This document shows positions 50,368 to 61,708 of a DNA stretch of 64,000 nucleotides, piece after piece. Within the stretch, counting starts at the first letter, position 1; every line of letters starts with the position of its first letter. Where the stretch lies: contig JAWLER010000002.1 in the NCBI GenBank assembly GCA_041686005.1, forward strand, positions 59,837-123,836, written 5' to 3'. Made by a program: the position numbers and the translations under genes. Below the pieces are notes generated by a model. It was not told the origin of the DNA. It worked only from the letters and a program-made list of their open reading frames with translations, and searched no databases. The DNA comes from Anaerolineales bacterium. Its GTDB lineage: Bacteria > Chloroflexota > Anaerolineae > Anaerolineales > UBA11858.

Positions 50368-52389
50368 ATGTCTGACCAGGATAAACGAAGGATCACAGCG
50401 GAAGATCTCTACAAATTCCGCCTTGTCAATGAAGTGGAAATTTCGCCGGACGGTGAACATGTGGTGTATCCCATCCAACGGGTGGATCAGGAAAAGGAGA
50501 AAAAGTACGCCAATTTGTGGATCCTTCCCACGGGGGGAGGGGAGCCCCTCCAGTTCACAGTGGGCGATCATGTGGACAGTATGCCTCGCTGGTCGCCGGA
50601 TGGGAGCCAGATCGCCTTTTTGTCCAACCGCGATGATGAAAAACAGTCCCAGATTTACCTGATCCCTTTTCAGGGTGGGGAAGCCCGTAAGTTGACGGAT
50701 TTGAAAGGGGAGTTCGGTTCCCTCTCCTGGTCCCCGGATGGAAAGAAAATCCTCATCCAATTTCGGAAGAAAGATCAGGAAGCCATTGAACGGGAGAAAG
50801 ACGAAACGAAAAAAGAACTCGGTGTAGTTTCCCGACATGTCGAGCGGGTATTTTATAAACTGGATGGGCAAGGGTATCTCCCTAAAGAGCGCTGGCACCT
50901 GTGGGTCATCGATGCCTCTTCGGGGGAAGCCCAGCAGCTCACAGAGGGGGATGTCTATGACGAGGTCAGCCCTCGCTGGTCCCCGGACGGGGAGCGCATC
51001 GTTTACCTCTCCAATCATGCGGACGACCCGGATCTGGAACCGGACCTGATAGACCTGTTCATCCTTCCCGCCCAGGGTGGGGAAGCCACAAAGGTCGAGA
51101 CCCCTGTGGGTCCAAAGCAGCTGCCGGTCTTCTCCCCAGATGGGAAACGGATTGCCTATTTAGGGAAGGAGGGGAGGGGGGTGGGCTGGAAAAACACCTC
51201 ACTGTGGGTTGTCCCCACTGAGGGAGGGGGGCAGGCGCGGAACCTGACCGAAGCCTTTGATGTAGACGTGTCCAATCCCACCATCAATGATATGCCGGGC
51301 GGGTTACCCATGTCCTCACCGGCGTGGTCTGAGGACGGCTCACGCCTCTTTTCCCAGGTAGCCCAGCACGGAAAAACGGAGATTGTGTCTCTTCGTGTGG
51401 AAGGGGATGGGGAGAGCTTGGAAACCGTGGTGGGTGGGGAGGGCACGCTAGGCGCCTTCTCGATGGATGATGGTCAAATCCGTATGGCGTACCTTTACGC
51501 TGACTTCACGCGCCCGGCCGAGGTGTGGGTGCATGATCTCCAAGAAGGAGAGTCCGAAAAATTATCAGGGGTGAACGATGCCTTGATGTCAGAGCTGGAT
51601 TTGGGCGAAATCGAGGAGGTTTGGTTTGAAAGTTCAGATGGGACCGAGGTTCAGGGTTGGATCCTGACCCCGCCGGGGTTCGATGACTCGAAATCCTACC
51701 CATCCATTTTGGAGATTCACGGCGGCCCTCGGACCCAGTATGGATATTTATTCATGCATGAGTTCTATTACCTGGCAGCCCAGGATTATGTGGTCTATTT
51801 CTGCAATCCCCGCGGCAGCCGAGGGTACGGTGAGGAATTCTCCAAAGCGATCTGGAACAATTGGGGGACCGTGGATCATGAGGACTTGATGGCCTGGGCC
51901 GATGTCATGGAGAAAAAACCTTATATCGATCCGGATAGAATGGGGGTCACGGGCGGTAGTTACGGGGGGTATATGACGGTGTGGATCATCGGTCACACCG
52001 ACCGTTTTGAAGCCGCTGTCACCCAGCGCTGCGTGAGCAACTGGCTCAGTATGTACGGCTCGAGCGATGTTAACTGGGCTTTCCAGCGCGAATTTGGGGA
52101 TGAAGCACCCTGGGAAAACTTTGAGAATTATTGGCGGCTCTCGCCCATCAAATACATTGGGAACGCCACCACGCCCACGCTGGTCATTCACAGTGAGAAC
52201 GATTTTCGCTGCCCCATCGAGCAGGGGGAGCAGGTCTTTGTGTCCCTCAAAAAGCAAGGCGTGGATACGGAGATGGTCCGCTTCCCCGGCGAACCCCATG
52301 GTCTTTCCAGAGGCGGGCGCACCGACCGTCGGGTGGAGCGATTGGGACACATCCAGCGCTGGTTTGACCGCTATCTCCAAGAGAATTAG
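50368..52389 (+). CDS. S9 family peptidase (acylaminoacyl/dipeptidyl peptidase)
   Basis: WSPDG propeller repeats, IHGGP, GGSYGG, D(FRC), EPHG. Confidence 0.92.
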   Translation: MSDQDKRRITAEDLYKFRLVNEVEISPDGEHVVYPIQRVDQEKEKKYANLWILPTGGGEPLQFTVGDHVDSMPRWSPDGSQIAFLSNRDDEKQSQIYLIPFQGGEARKLTDLKGEFGSLSWSPDGKKILIQFRKKDQEAIEREKDETKKELGVVSRHVERVFYKLDGQGYLPKERWHLWVIDASSGEAQQLTEGDVYDEVSPRWSPDGERIVYLSNHADDPDLEPDLIDLFILPAQGGEATKVETPVGPKQLPVFSPDGKRIAYLGKEGRGVGWKNTSLWVVPTEGGGQARNLTEAFDVDVSNPTINDMPGGLPMSSPAWSEDGSRLFSQVAQHGKTEIVSLRVEGDGESLETVVGGEGTLGAFSMDDGQIRMAYLYADFTRPAEVWVHDLQEGESEKLSGVNDALMSELDLGEIEEVWFESSDGTEVQGWILTPPGFDDSKSYPSILEIHGGPRTQYGYLFMHEFYYLAAQDYVVYFCNPRGSRGYGEEFSKAIWNNWGTVDHEDLMAWADVMEKKPYIDPDRMGVTGGSYGGYMTVWIIGHTDRFEAAVTQRCVSNWLSMYGSSDVNWAFQREFGDEAPWENFENYWRLSPIKYIGNATTPTLVIHSENDFRCPIEQGEQVFVSLKKQGVDTEMVRFPGEPHGLSRGGRTDRRVERLGHIQRWFDRYLQEN

Positions 52390-52451
52390 CTGGCCATTGT
52401 TATTTCTACATTCGACAGCTAAAAGGTTTTTGTGGCAGTATTGAAAAAGCG

Positions 52452-52479
52452 TCGGATTGGGATCGACATCCCAATCCGA
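52452..52479. terminator. 12-bp hairpin downstream of the S9 peptidase
   Basis: TCGGATTGGGAT-CGAC-ATCCCAATCCGA. Confidence 0.6.
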
Positions 52480-52855
52480 TGCCTTACTTAAGGTTATCCT
52501 TGGGCTTGAAAATCCTCACCACAGTTATTTTTTGAAGAACCGGTTGAGGCCTGGAAAGCTGGTTATGATGATTAAGCTCATCAGATTAGTCTTGGTCAGG
52601 TCAAAGGTACCTTCATAGATGGGGTTTGGAGAATCAACCTATGCATTGCCAGGGCCCCTCCTTCTGTCTCCTTCTCTTTTTCTTATCTCTCATTTATATT
52701 CCTTCAGTATAATGTCCCTCAATCAGGTGTATTTTGTTTTTTTATCCAGTGTTCTTTCGTTTGCCCGAAATAACGAAGACTTTCTCGCCTGCTGGTTTTA
52801 TTGGGCATAGAAAGTCTTTCGCAATTGTCCGGGCAGCCAAATTAGAGGTTTCGCT

Positions 52856-54166
52856 ATGAAAACAAATGCAAAAAGATTCTTTTATCCAGGGGTTGCGTGG
52901 ATGATTGGCGCCCTGATGTTAGCGGGTTTGGTCGCGTGTACGCCCCAGATGACTGGGAAGGAAACGATATCACCCAGCGCGGTCTCCACGGCTACCCGTG
53001 AGCCGACATCAACGCCTCCTCCTACCGCCACTCCCACGCTGCAGCCTACCACGGGGGTGACAGAAGAGATCCAACCCACACCAACCGAAGAACCTTCCCC
53101 GGAAAATGTGCAGCGTTTTCCCGACCCTGACTCTTACCGCTGGGCGCTGGTTGCCGATGGACTGGCTCAACCGGTGGGGTTATCTGTGGCTGGCGATGGG
53201 ACCAACCGCCTTTTTATCATTGAAAAACCGGGGCGCATTCAGATCATCCAGGACGGGCAAGTGCTGGAAGACCCGTTTTTGGATATCCAGGACCGGGTGG
53301 GGGATGAGGGAGGCGAGCAGGGTTTGTTGGGGCTGGCGTTCCATCCCAATTATGAGGACAACGGCACCTTCTTTGTCAATTACACGGATGACGATGGAAA
53401 TACTGTGGTGTCCCGATTTTCCGTCTCCGAAGATGAAAACCGTGCGGACCCCACCTCAGAATCCCAGGTGTTGACCTTCAGTCAACCCTACAGAAATCAC
53501 AACGGCGGGCATCTCCTCTTTGGTCCGCAGGGATACTTGTGGATCAGTACCGGGGACGGCGGTTCAGCCGGGGATCCCCAGGATAACGCCCAAAACCTGG
53601 ATAATCTCCTCGGCAAGCTGCTGCGCATCGATATCGACCAAGAACCCTATGCCATCCCCGGGGATAACCCATTTGGGGACGAGATTTGGGCCTACGGCCT
53701 GCGTAACCCTTGGCGGTTCAGATTCGATCCGGCTACGGGGGAGTTGTACATCGCGGATGTGGGTCAAGACAAGTGGGAGGAAATCGATTACTTGCCTGCC
53801 GGTGCACCCGGGGGGACGAACTTTGGGTGGGATTACCGGGAGGGCAGTCACCCCTATGAAGGCACCCCTCCCCCCGATGTCGAGTTGACCGACCCGGTCG
53901 CAGAGTATAACCAGGATTCCGGAGATTGCTCCGTTTCTGGGGGTGCGGTGTATCGGGGGTCCCTGCCTGCGTGGCAGGGTGTATACCTGTATGGGGATTA
54001 CTGCACGGGTGTGGTGCGCGGCTTGATTAAGTCCGAGGACGGCAGCTGGCTGAGTGAGGTCCTCTTTGATACGGACTACCTGATCCCAGCTATCAGCCAG
54101 GACGGAGCAGGCGAGGTGTTTCTGCTCGATATCCGCGGGGGCGTCTACCGTCTGAGCGAAAAATAG
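52856..54166 (+). CDS. PQQ-dependent sugar dehydrogenase (GSDH) lipoprotein
   Basis: LVAC lipobox, EQGLLGLAFHP, NHNGG, GDGG, YGLRNPWR. Confidence 0.88.
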   Translation: MKTNAKRFFYPGVAWMIGALMLAGLVACTPQMTGKETISPSAVSTATREPTSTPPPTATPTLQPTTGVTEEIQPTPTEEPSPENVQRFPDPDSYRWALVADGLAQPVGLSVAGDGTNRLFIIEKPGRIQIIQDGQVLEDPFLDIQDRVGDEGGEQGLLGLAFHPNYEDNGTFFVNYTDDDGNTVVSRFSVSEDENRADPTSESQVLTFSQPYRNHNGGHLLFGPQGYLWISTGDGGSAGDPQDNAQNLDNLLGKLLRIDIDQEPYAIPGDNPFGDEIWAYGLRNPWRFRFDPATGELYIADVGQDKWEEIDYLPAGAPGGTNFGWDYREGSHPYEGTPPPDVELTDPVAEYNQDSGDCSVSGGAVYRGSLPAWQGVYLYGDYCTGVVRGLIKSEDGSWLSEVLFDTDYLIPAISQDGAGEVFLLDIRGGVYRLSEK

Positions 54167-54192
54167 GGGTGCGGATCGGAGAACGAGGAAGC

Positions 54193-54228
54193 ACCGGGGC
54201 TAAATGGTGTATGGTCCCGGTCTTTTTT
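54193..54228 (+). terminator. Intrinsic terminator
   Basis: ACCGGG/CCCGGT stem plus TTTTTT. Confidence 0.5.
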
Positions 54229-54289
54229 ATATTCATGTGTAAACGGCTGTGCAACATACCCGGGAGGCTGCCTGGGGTCTTTTGGGGGT

Positions 54290-54961
54290 TTATCCGCGAG
54301 GGATGAGGTCGCAAAATTGGAATCGACCCTCGCGTAAGACCGTTTCTCCGACCTGGAAATCGATCCGGTGATGGAAGATGGGCCCATCATACACAAAAGT
54401 GTGGAATGCCCCGTGCTCCCCACAGGGATCAATTCCGGGGGGAAGATCCGCGAGAAGGTTTTCGTCGTACGTCCTGCCTGCGAAGCCTCCATCCAGTTTA
54501 TGGGTGTCCACGCAGACCAGTACGGCCTTGAACCCCAGGTTGAGGAAATCTTGGGCCAGCTGGCAGGTATCCATCCCCCACAGCGGGAAAACCCCTTTCA
54601 TAGCCACCTCCGCAAGCCGTTCCTCTCTGTATGACCGGATGTCTTCCAGAAACACGTCACCGAAAACGACGTCCGTCACCCCTTGGGTGAGGTGCTTTTC
54701 CAGTGTTTCTCTCATCAATGAATCGTATTCCTCGTCAGTGCAGTTTTGGGGGATGGTTAAAATCTGCAGCGGCAGGCCAAGGGAGTGGGCTTGCTGTTCC
54801 AATAGTTCCCTTCGCACCCCGTGCATGCTGATCCTGTCATAACCCGCCGTCAGTGTGGTCAGCAAAGCCTTGATGTGGTACTCACTTTTGTGGACCACCC
54901 TGTATAATGCGAGCGCAGAGTCCTTTCCGCCGCTCCAGGAGAGAAGCACATTTTTAGTCAT
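54290..54961 (-). CDS. Diphthine--ammonia ligase-like PP-loop ATPase
   Basis: SWSGGKDS, FGDVFLED, DPCGEHGAFHTFV. Confidence 0.85.
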   Translation of the reverse strand: MTKNVLLSWSGGKDSALALYRVVHKSEYHIKALLTTLTAGYDRISMHGVRRELLEQQAHSLGLPLQILTIPQNCTDEEYDSLMRETLEKHLTQGVTDVVFGDVFLEDIRSYREERLAEVAMKGVFPLWGMDTCQLAQDFLNLGFKAVLVCVDTHKLDGGFAGRTYDENLLADLPPGIDPCGEHGAFHTFVYDGPIFHHRIDFQVGETVLREGRFQFCDLIPRG

Positions 54962-55089
54962 CGTTCCCCGGGTATGTTCCTTTTTTCAATCGCTTGAAGG
55001 TGGAGATGAAGCCGGTCCCATCCTTTCCATGCCTCTTGGTACAATACATCCATCCCAAAAGGTGACAAGTAGCACTGCAAACCTAGATC

Positions 55090-55989
55090 ATGGATGTATA
55101 TTATCACGACCTGTTCACGTTTCCACTTCCCCGAGGCCACCGCTTCCCCATCCAGAAGTATGCCATGCTCCGCCAGCGGTTGGTCGAAGAGGGGATCATT
55201 CGCTTGGAAGATTTGCATGTGCCTGCCCCCGCCAGTGACGACCAGTTGTTACTGGTTCATTCTCAGGAATACCTGCACAAGTTGAAGAACGGCGGGTTAA
55301 CGGAGAAAGAGATCCGGCGTTTAGGTTTTCCGTGGTCCTTGGACCTGGTCGAGCGTTCCCGCCGTTCTGTGGGGAGCACGATCGCTGCCTGTCGATCCGC
55401 GCTGGAAAATGGCCTGGCTGCCAGCTTGGCGGGAGGGACGCACCACGCTTTCCCCGATCACGGTCAGGGTTTTTGTGTCTTGAACGATGTAGCGGTGGCT
55501 GTCCGGGTGATGCAAAAAGAGAACAGAGCGGAGCGAGCGCTCATTGTGGACTGCGATGTCCATCAGGGGAACGGCACGGCGGCGATCTTTGAAGGTGACC
55601 CCCGCGTTTTCACTTTTTCTGTCCACGGCGCGAAGAATTTCCCTTTCCGCAAATCCCAATCAGATCTGGATATCGACCTGCCGGATGGGACAGGTGATGA
55701 TGAGTATCTGGCGGCTTTAGAGGATGGGTTAGAGAAGGCGCTTGATGAGGCAGATGCGGAATGGGTCATCTACCTGGCTGGGGCTGATCCTTACAATGGG
55801 GATCGCCTGGGGCGATTGTCCCTGACAAAATCCGGCTTGGCCCAGCGGGACCGGTTGGTGTTGGAGAGGTCTCGCCAACGTGGATTGCCGGTTGCCGTGG
55901 TCATGTCCGGGGGATACGGGGAGGATGTGAATGACACGGTTGACATTCATTTCCAAACCGTCCGGTTGGCGGTGGAATTTTCGGATTAA
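55090..55989 (+). CDS. Histone-deacetylase-family protein
   Basis: HRFP, GGTHHA, GFCVLND, DCDVHQGNGT, GADP..D, GGY. Confidence 0.9.
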   Translation: MDVYYHDLFTFPLPRGHRFPIQKYAMLRQRLVEEGIIRLEDLHVPAPASDDQLLLVHSQEYLHKLKNGGLTEKEIRRLGFPWSLDLVERSRRSVGSTIAACRSALENGLAASLAGGTHHAFPDHGQGFCVLNDVAVAVRVMQKENRAERALIVDCDVHQGNGTAAIFEGDPRVFTFSVHGAKNFPFRKSQSDLDIDLPDGTGDDEYLAALEDGLEKALDEADAEWVIYLAGADPYNGDRLGRLSLTKSGLAQRDRLVLERSRQRGLPVAVVMSGGYGEDVNDTVDIHFQTVRLAVEFSD

Positions 55990-56066
55990 TTTCTGGCCAT
56001 TCCTCTCTTCCCCTTTCCATAAAAAAATATCCCGCTGTGCGGACAGCGAGACATTTCCTCTTGAAA

Positions 56067-56137
<71 letters not shown>

Positions 56138-56206
56138 ATAATTGCAAAAAGCTGATGGACAATGGCTGTCGCATGTCAGCCATTCGCCACCAGCCATTGC
56201 TTTAAG

Positions 56207-56278
56207 AGCGGGCGACGGGATTCGAACCCGTGACCTTCTCCTTGGCAAGGAGACATTCTACCACTGAACCACGCCCGC
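56207..56278 (-). tRNA. tRNA-Gly(GCC)
   Basis: GCGGGCG acceptor stem, TTGCCAA loop, GGTTCGAATCCC. Confidence 0.93.
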
Positions 56279-56285
56279 ATGTCAG

Positions 56286-56358
56286 TGCCGAGAGCCAGAA
56301 TCGAACTGGCGACACCGTGATTTTCAGTCACGTGCTCTACCAACTGAGCTATCTCGGC
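56286..56358 (-). tRNA. tRNA-Phe(GAA)
   Basis: GCCGAGA acceptor stem, CTGAAAA loop, AGTTCGATTCT. Confidence 0.93.
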
Positions 56359-56389
56359 ATTACCGTGATTCCCTCCCAGTGCATCGCCC

Positions 56390-56418
56390 ATTGTACACTT
56401 TGGGGAAACCCTTGTCAA
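56390..56418 (-). promoter_or_regulatory. Sigma70 promoter of the tRNA operon
   Basis: Minus strand TTGACA-17-TACAAT. Confidence 0.8.
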
Positions 56419-56443
56419 GCTTGAGGGGTTTCGGGGAGGTTTC

Positions 56444-56872
56444 CTAACGGGGGATGTAAAGCAGGAACCCCAGGGCGATGGTCACCTCACCGATGACCAC
56501 CCCCGTAGCCTGCCAGGGCCCGAAAAATGGGGGCGCCGGCCAGGTTTGGGTTCCGAAACCAAACACATCTGCCATGCTTGAAACGAAGGCGATGAGGAAC
56601 CCTGTGCCCACCAACCGCAGTCCAATGTCCTCCACGATGCTGGGCTCATGCTGGGGGTCTTTGGCCGCTCTCAGGCTTAAATAGCCGCCGAGACACGTGA
56701 TCGCCAACCCGGTGGAGAACGTCGCCGTTTGAACGAACCCGACCACAGGGCTTCTGTCGAGATTAAAAAGGTCGGGGTCGGCGCCCAAGATAAAGATAAA
56801 AAAGCCCACCATGGTCATGATCACACCAAATCTCAAGAGCAGGTTGTTCTGTTTGGAGGGTGATTTGGCCAT
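56444..56872 (-). CDS. Hypothetical membrane protein (about 4 TM)
   Basis: Hydrophobic ORF; ATG 56872 with AGGA RBS. Confidence 0.65.
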   Translation of the reverse strand: MAKSPSKQNNLLLRFGVIMTMVGFFIFILGADPDLFNLDRSPVVGFVQTATFSTGLAITCLGGYLSLRAAKDPQHEPSIVEDIGLRLVGTGFLIAFVSSMADVFGFGTQTWPAPPFFGPWQATGVVIGEVTIALGFLLYIPR

Positions 56873-56909
56873 CGTTACATCCTGGAGGAAGTGTATCGGA
56901 AAGAGGAAT

Positions 56910-57212
56910 TCACAACTGGAACCCCGAGCGGGCAGGGACGACTTTGTAATGAAAGTTATCCACGAAAGCGAGCAGATCATTCAGCAGGGCGGACCACTCC
57001 TGGGAGGCCATGGCCGCTTCCAAGTCCGCTTTGCTGCGGATTTTCGCGGAGACCATGATCTGGGGTTGGTCCCCATACATTGTATACCAGGCATCCACGG
57101 GGATGATGCCCAGTTTTTTAACTTCGGGGATGAATTCGCTGATCACGAATTCAAAATATTCTTGCTCCCGATTGGGCAAAATATCCCAGGTCATCAATAA
57201 CTTAACAGTCAC
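56910..57212 (-). CDS. Hypothetical protein (possible NIPSNAP-like alpha/beta barrel)
   Basis: KLLMTWDILPNREQEYFEF..DAWYTMYG; GTG start, in an operon. Confidence 0.55.
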   Translation of the reverse strand: MTVKLLMTWDILPNREQEYFEFVISEFIPEVKKLGIIPVDAWYTMYGDQPQIMVSAKIRSKADLEAAMASQEWSALLNDLLAFVDNFHYKVVPARSGFQL

Positions 57213-57241
57213 AAACGGGTCCCTTTGCTTGGCCAGGAAAA

Positions 57242-57898
57242 TTATGCTTCTTGCTCTAGAACGACGACATTCGTCTCGTTGGATGATTTGGTGCTCGTCA
57301 CCCGCAGATAAGGTCTCGGTTCGATGTTCTCCAACCCCATTTCTTTGATGAAGTTATCCAGGGGATCTAGGTCCAACTTGGACCCTTTGGTTTTGTATTG
57401 CATGGGAATGGCGTAGCTGGGTTCAAGCATGCGGATCACTTCTACAGCCTGTGAGGCGTTCAAGGCGTTCCCTCCGCCTACCGGTACTAAGGCGACGTGG
57501 ACATCACCAGCGATGGATTTGACATCGGATTGGCTGGGGACGCGGTGTAAGCTGCCGAGGTGGGCCAGGAGGACGCCTTCATAATCGAAGATGTACATCA
57601 AATTCCGTTGTTCACTTTTGGAGCTTTTTTTTCCACTGTTGGTCCGGATGGCTGTGATGAACACCTGACCGATTTCATATTCCCCGGGGCCGTTTAGGAT
57701 ATGAAGCTCGGATTTGCGTTTTTTGATCCCATCACTGTAATTATGTCCGGGGTCATCATGGCTGATGGTGACGATATCGGCGGAGAGATCCAGCTCTTTG
57801 TAGCCCACCTTCCGGTGATCGTACGGATCGGTGACCACGGTAGCCATGCCGCGTTCCTTCAATCGAAAACAAGAATGTCCATGCCAGGTGATATGCAT
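57242..57898 (-). CDS. MBL-fold metallo-hydrolase
   Basis: WHGHSCF, TDPY, SHDDPGHN, PVGG, IPMQY. Confidence 0.8.
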   Translation of the reverse strand: MHITWHGHSCFRLKERGMATVVTDPYDHRKVGYKELDLSADIVTISHDDPGHNYSDGIKKRKSELHILNGPGEYEIGQVFITAIRTNSGKKSSKSEQRNLMYIFDYEGVLLAHLGSLHRVPSQSDVKSIAGDVHVALVPVGGGNALNASQAVEVIRMLEPSYAIPMQYKTKGSKLDLDPLDNFIKEMGLENIEPRPYLRVTSTKSSNETNVVVLEQEA

Positions 57899-58198
57899 TC
57901 AGCCTCCTGTAATGCCCGATGTGCCGCTTATGCCCTTTCAGGACTACTGATTATACAATATTCCACCAATTAGTCATAGTTTACCATCATTTACATTTCC
58001 AAAGTCCTTCCTTTCAAGAAAAAAGGGCCCTTTGATCCCTGCTGAAAAAAGAGTATAAATTTCCTGTAAATGATCGGTCTCTCTTGAGCACGGGATTGGC
58101 AAGGATTGGTATAATTTCTATTCCAAGGAAGGGGAAGGCAGGCTTCGTGTGGCCATATTCGCGTTCGAAGATGAAAGAGGAATAGGTCAGTACATCTT

Positions 58199-61093
58199 AT
58201 GCAAAAGACAATCAAAGTCGTGGGCGCCCGGGTCCATAATTTAAAGAATTTAACCGTAGAAATCCCCCGGGATAAGTTTGTAGTCATCACAGGTTTGTCC
58301 GGTTCTGGAAAATCATCCCTGGCATTTGATACGATATTCGCGGAGGGACAGCGGCGGTATGTGGAGTCGCTCTCCTCCTATGCCCGGCAGTTCCTGGGGC
58401 AGATGGACAAGCCGGATGTGGATTACATCGAGGGCTTGTCCCCCGCTGTGTCCATCGACCAGAGGGGGACTTCCCACAACCCTCGTTCCACCGTGGGGAC
58501 GGTAACGGAAATTTATGACTATCTCCGTTTGCTGTTTGCCAGGGTGGGTATCCCCCATTGTCCCCAGTGCGGCAGGGAAGTGACCACGCAGTCGGCACAG
58601 GAGATCGTGGAAATCGTCGAGAAGTATCCTCCGGGGACCCGGTTTCACCTCTTAGCACCGGTGGTCAAGGGGAGAAAAGGAGAGCACGAAGGGATCTTGG
58701 AGGAGGTCGAAAAGTCGGGGTTCGTCCGGGTCCGAATCGACGGGGAAATCCGCCGTCTGGAGGAGGATATCGAGTTAGAACGCTACCGCGAACATACCAT
58801 CGAAGCGGTGGTGGACCGTCTGGTCATCCGGGCATATGAGGACGAGGAGGATGAAAAGAACTTCCGCTCTCGACTTACTGATTCTGTGGAGACGGCGTTG
58901 AAATTCGGGGACGGCTATCTCACAGTGTACGATGTCACGGACCCCGAGCAGCCTCGGTCTATCAACTTCTCCGAGCACCTGGCCTGCCCGGTATGCGGGA
59001 TCAGCATCCCGGAGATTGAGCCCCGCATGTTCTCTTTCAATACCCCCCACGGCGCCTGCCCAAACTGTGAGGGAATTGGCACGAAACTGGAAATTGACGA
59101 GAACTTGCTCGTTCCGGATAAAACGAAATCGATCTGGGAAGGGGCTATTGATGCCGGGGAGTGGGACGGTCCGCGGGAGAAAGGTGGGTATCACTGGCAG
59201 ACCTTGGTGGGTGCCGCCCGAGTCTACGATATCGACATGAAAGCGCCTTACCACGAACTCACGGATCGAGATCGGGAGATCATTCTCTACGGCACGAACG
59301 GGGAAAAAGTCCCTGTGCGTTACGTCAACGATGAGGGTAAGGAGTACAGATTCGAACGGGAATACGAGGGGGTGATCAACAATCTGGAGCGCCGCTTCAA
59401 TGAAACGAGGTCGGAATACATGCGCAACCGGATCATGGGTTACATGAACGACCAGCCCTGTCCTGACTGCGGCGGCGCGCGCCTCCGTCCCGAAGCGCTG
59501 GCGGTCACTGTCGATGACAAGAACATCATGGATGTGGCCTCCTGGCCGATCAAACGGGCCCTGGAATGGGTGACGACTTTGGCTGGGGAGGATACGCCGT
59601 TGGACAGCCGCCAGCAGATTATCGCAGAACGGGTCATCCGGGAGCTGAAAGAACGCCTGGGATTTCTGGCAAATGTAGGTTTGGATTATTTGACGCTGAC
59701 GCGGTCTGCAGGGACGCTCTCCGGAGGGGAAGCCCAGCGTATACGTCTCGCCACCCAGATCGGATCCCACTTAATGGGCGTGCTTTACGTCTTGGATGAG
59801 CCCACCATCGGCCTGCACCCCCGGGACAACAACCGCTTGTTGAGGACGTTGGAAGGCCTGCGGGATTTAGGCAACACCGTCATGGTCGTCGAACATGACC
59901 CGGAGACAATTTTCACTGCTGACTGGGTCCTGGATCTCGGTCCTGGAGCGGGGGAACAAGGGGGAGAAGTTGTGGTGGCCGGGCCGGTGGAAGAGATCCT
60001 CGAGCACCCTGAGTCTTTGACAGGGGCCTATCTGTCGGGACGGCTCAAGGTGCCTGTCCCTGAAAAGCGCCGCGAGGGCAACGGGAAAACGCTGGAGATT
60101 CTAGGGGCGAGGGAGCACAACCTGAAAGATATCGATGTCTCCATCCCCCTGGGAAAGCTGGTGTGCATCACCGGGGTGTCCGGCTCCGGGAAATCGACCC
60201 TGATGGTTGAGATCCTCTATAAAGCCCTGGCGCGGGCATTGAACCGGGCCAAAACGAAACCGGGCGATTACGACGGCATCCGGGGGCTGGAGCATATTGA
60301 TAAGGTGATTAATATCGATCAATCCCCCATCGGGCGCACCCCGCGATCCAACCCCGGTACATACACCAAATTGTTCGATTACGTCCGTGATTTGTTTGCG
60401 GAACTTCCGGAAAGCAAGATCCGCGGCTACGACAAGGGTCGCTTTTCTTTCAATGTCAAGGGCGGGCGCTGCGAAGCCTGTGGCGGGCAGGGTCAGTTGC
60501 AGATCGAAATGCAGTTTTTGCCTGATGTCTATGTCCCCTGCGATGTATGCCACGGCAAGCGGTATAACCGCGAGACGCTGCAGGTTCGCTTCAAAGACCA
60601 ATACAACATCGCCGATGTGCTGGACATGACCGTGGATCAGGCCATGGAGGTCTTTGCAAACTTCCCCTTGATGATGAAACGCCTGCAAACCTTGAAGGAT
60701 GTCGGCCTGGGGTACATCCGCATCGGTCAGCCGTCCCCCACGCTGTCCGGCGGGGAAGCCCAGCGGGTCAAACTCTCCAGAGAGCTAGCCAAGCGTTCCA
60801 CGGGATCCACGCTCTACGTCTTAGATGAGCCTTCTGTGGGGCTGCACGCGGCCGATGTCCATAAACTGATTGAGGTCCTGCAGCGTCTCGTCGATGAAGG
60901 CAACACAGTGCTGATCATCGAGCACAACCTGGACATCATCAAAGTCGCAGATCACATCATTGACCTTGGACCGGAAGGGGGAGAGGCGGGTGGGGAGGTC
61001 ATCGCCACCGGGACGCCACAGGAGATCTGCGCGAATCCTCATTCCTTCACCGGCGAATACCTCCAGCATTATATCCGGGAGAATCACAGCTGA
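58199..61093 (+). CDS. uvrA: Excinuclease ABC subunit A
   Basis: Two ABC cassettes ([26 protein letters not shown] twice) and zinc fingers. Confidence 0.97.
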   Translation: MQKTIKVVGARVHNLKNLTVEIPRDKFVVITGLSGSGKSSLAFDTIFAEGQRRYVESLSSYARQFLGQMDKPDVDYIEGLSPAVSIDQRGTSHNPRSTVGTVTEIYDYLRLLFARVGIPHCPQCGREVTTQSAQEIVEIVEKYPPGTRFHLLAPVVKGRKGEHEGILEEVEKSGFVRVRIDGEIRRLEEDIELERYREHTIEAVVDRLVIRAYEDEEDEKNFRSRLTDSVETALKFGDGYLTVYDVTDPEQPRSINFSEHLACPVCGISIPEIEPRMFSFNTPHGACPNCEGIGTKLEIDENLLVPDKTKSIWEGAIDAGEWDGPREKGGYHWQTLVGAARVYDIDMKAPYHELTDRDREIILYGTNGEKVPVRYVNDEGKEYRFEREYEGVINNLERRFNETRSEYMRNRIMGYMNDQPCPDCGGARLRPEALAVTVDDKNIMDVASWPIKRALEWVTTLAGEDTPLDSRQQIIAERVIRELKERLGFLANVGLDYLTLTRSAGTLSGGEAQRIRLATQIGSHLMGVLYVLDEPTIGLHPRDNNRLLRTLEGLRDLGNTVMVVEHDPETIFTADWVLDLGPGAGEQGGEVVVAGPVEEILEHPESLTGAYLSGRLKVPVPEKRREGNGKTLEILGAREHNLKDIDVSIPLGKLVCITGVSGSGKSTLMVEILYKALARALNRAKTKPGDYDGIRGLEHIDKVINIDQSPIGRTPRSNPGTYTKLFDYVRDLFAELPESKIRGYDKGRFSFNVKGGRCEACGGQGQLQIEMQFLPDVYVPCDVCHGKRYNRETLQVRFKDQYNIADVLDMTVDQAMEVFANFPLMMKRLQTLKDVGLGYIRIGQPSPTLSGGEAQRVKLSRELAKRSTGSTLYVLDEPSVGLHAADVHKLIEVLQRLVDEGNTVLIIEHNLDIIKVADHIIDLGPEGGEAGGEVIATGTPQEICANPHSFTGEYLQHYIRENHS

Positions 61094-61149
61094 AGGGGTT
61101 TCCGTACGGTGTGGTCCCCGGATGTGGATTGGGGGGTGAAGAGCGGCCC

Positions 61150-61482
61150 TCACTGCAGGCTGTACACCGCGCTGACCTCGGCCCGAACTGACATATGTCC
61201 CGTATTGACCGGTCCAAAGGTGAGTTGATCTTCCCCACGCCCGCAGGGACTGCGTTTTGAACGACGTTCTGGGTCCCGCCCGTACCATCCACTGTTGAAA
61301 TAAGACCAGGTGTTTTCGTTGATGCTCACCACGCACCCGGCTTCGGCGCCGGCTGCTTCGGCCAGATCCTGCGCCTTCTCGCTGGCAGCGACCCGGTCCT
61401 CGTAGTGCGCTTTGCGGAGGTTGTAGCGGATCAGATCGATCACCGCTGGTTCATCATCAACGACCAGGATCCGCGATTTCAT
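61150..61482 (-). pseudogene. Chimeric remnant: response-regulator N-terminus fused to a SIMPL (DUF541)-like C-terminus
   Basis: MKSRILVVDDEPAVIDLIRYNLRKAHYE then A.EKAQDLAEAAG..G.VVSINE ... SVRAEVSAVYSL; QNVVQNA lies in an adjacent frame. Confidence 0.6.
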
Positions 61483-61708
61483 AGCTACAGCAATCAATCC
61501 TTGATGTCAGCTTTTTGTCAGGGTAGAGGTCAATTCAGGATACGAGTCCAGGCGCTTATCGTCTGGATCCGTCAGCTTTCAGCTGGATACCACGTGGATT
61601 CATGAAGGAATCTGCAGGGCCTCCTCTGGATTTTGCAGACCGCGAATATTGAGGTGAATATCTCCTGGTGTTTATGTATAATGATCTACATAGCAAAGGG
61701 TTGTCGCC

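Noticed and set aside
58100..58198. SOS box upstream of uvrA
   Set aside because: Only a half-site (GTTCG) is visible; no convincing GAAC-N4-GTTC.
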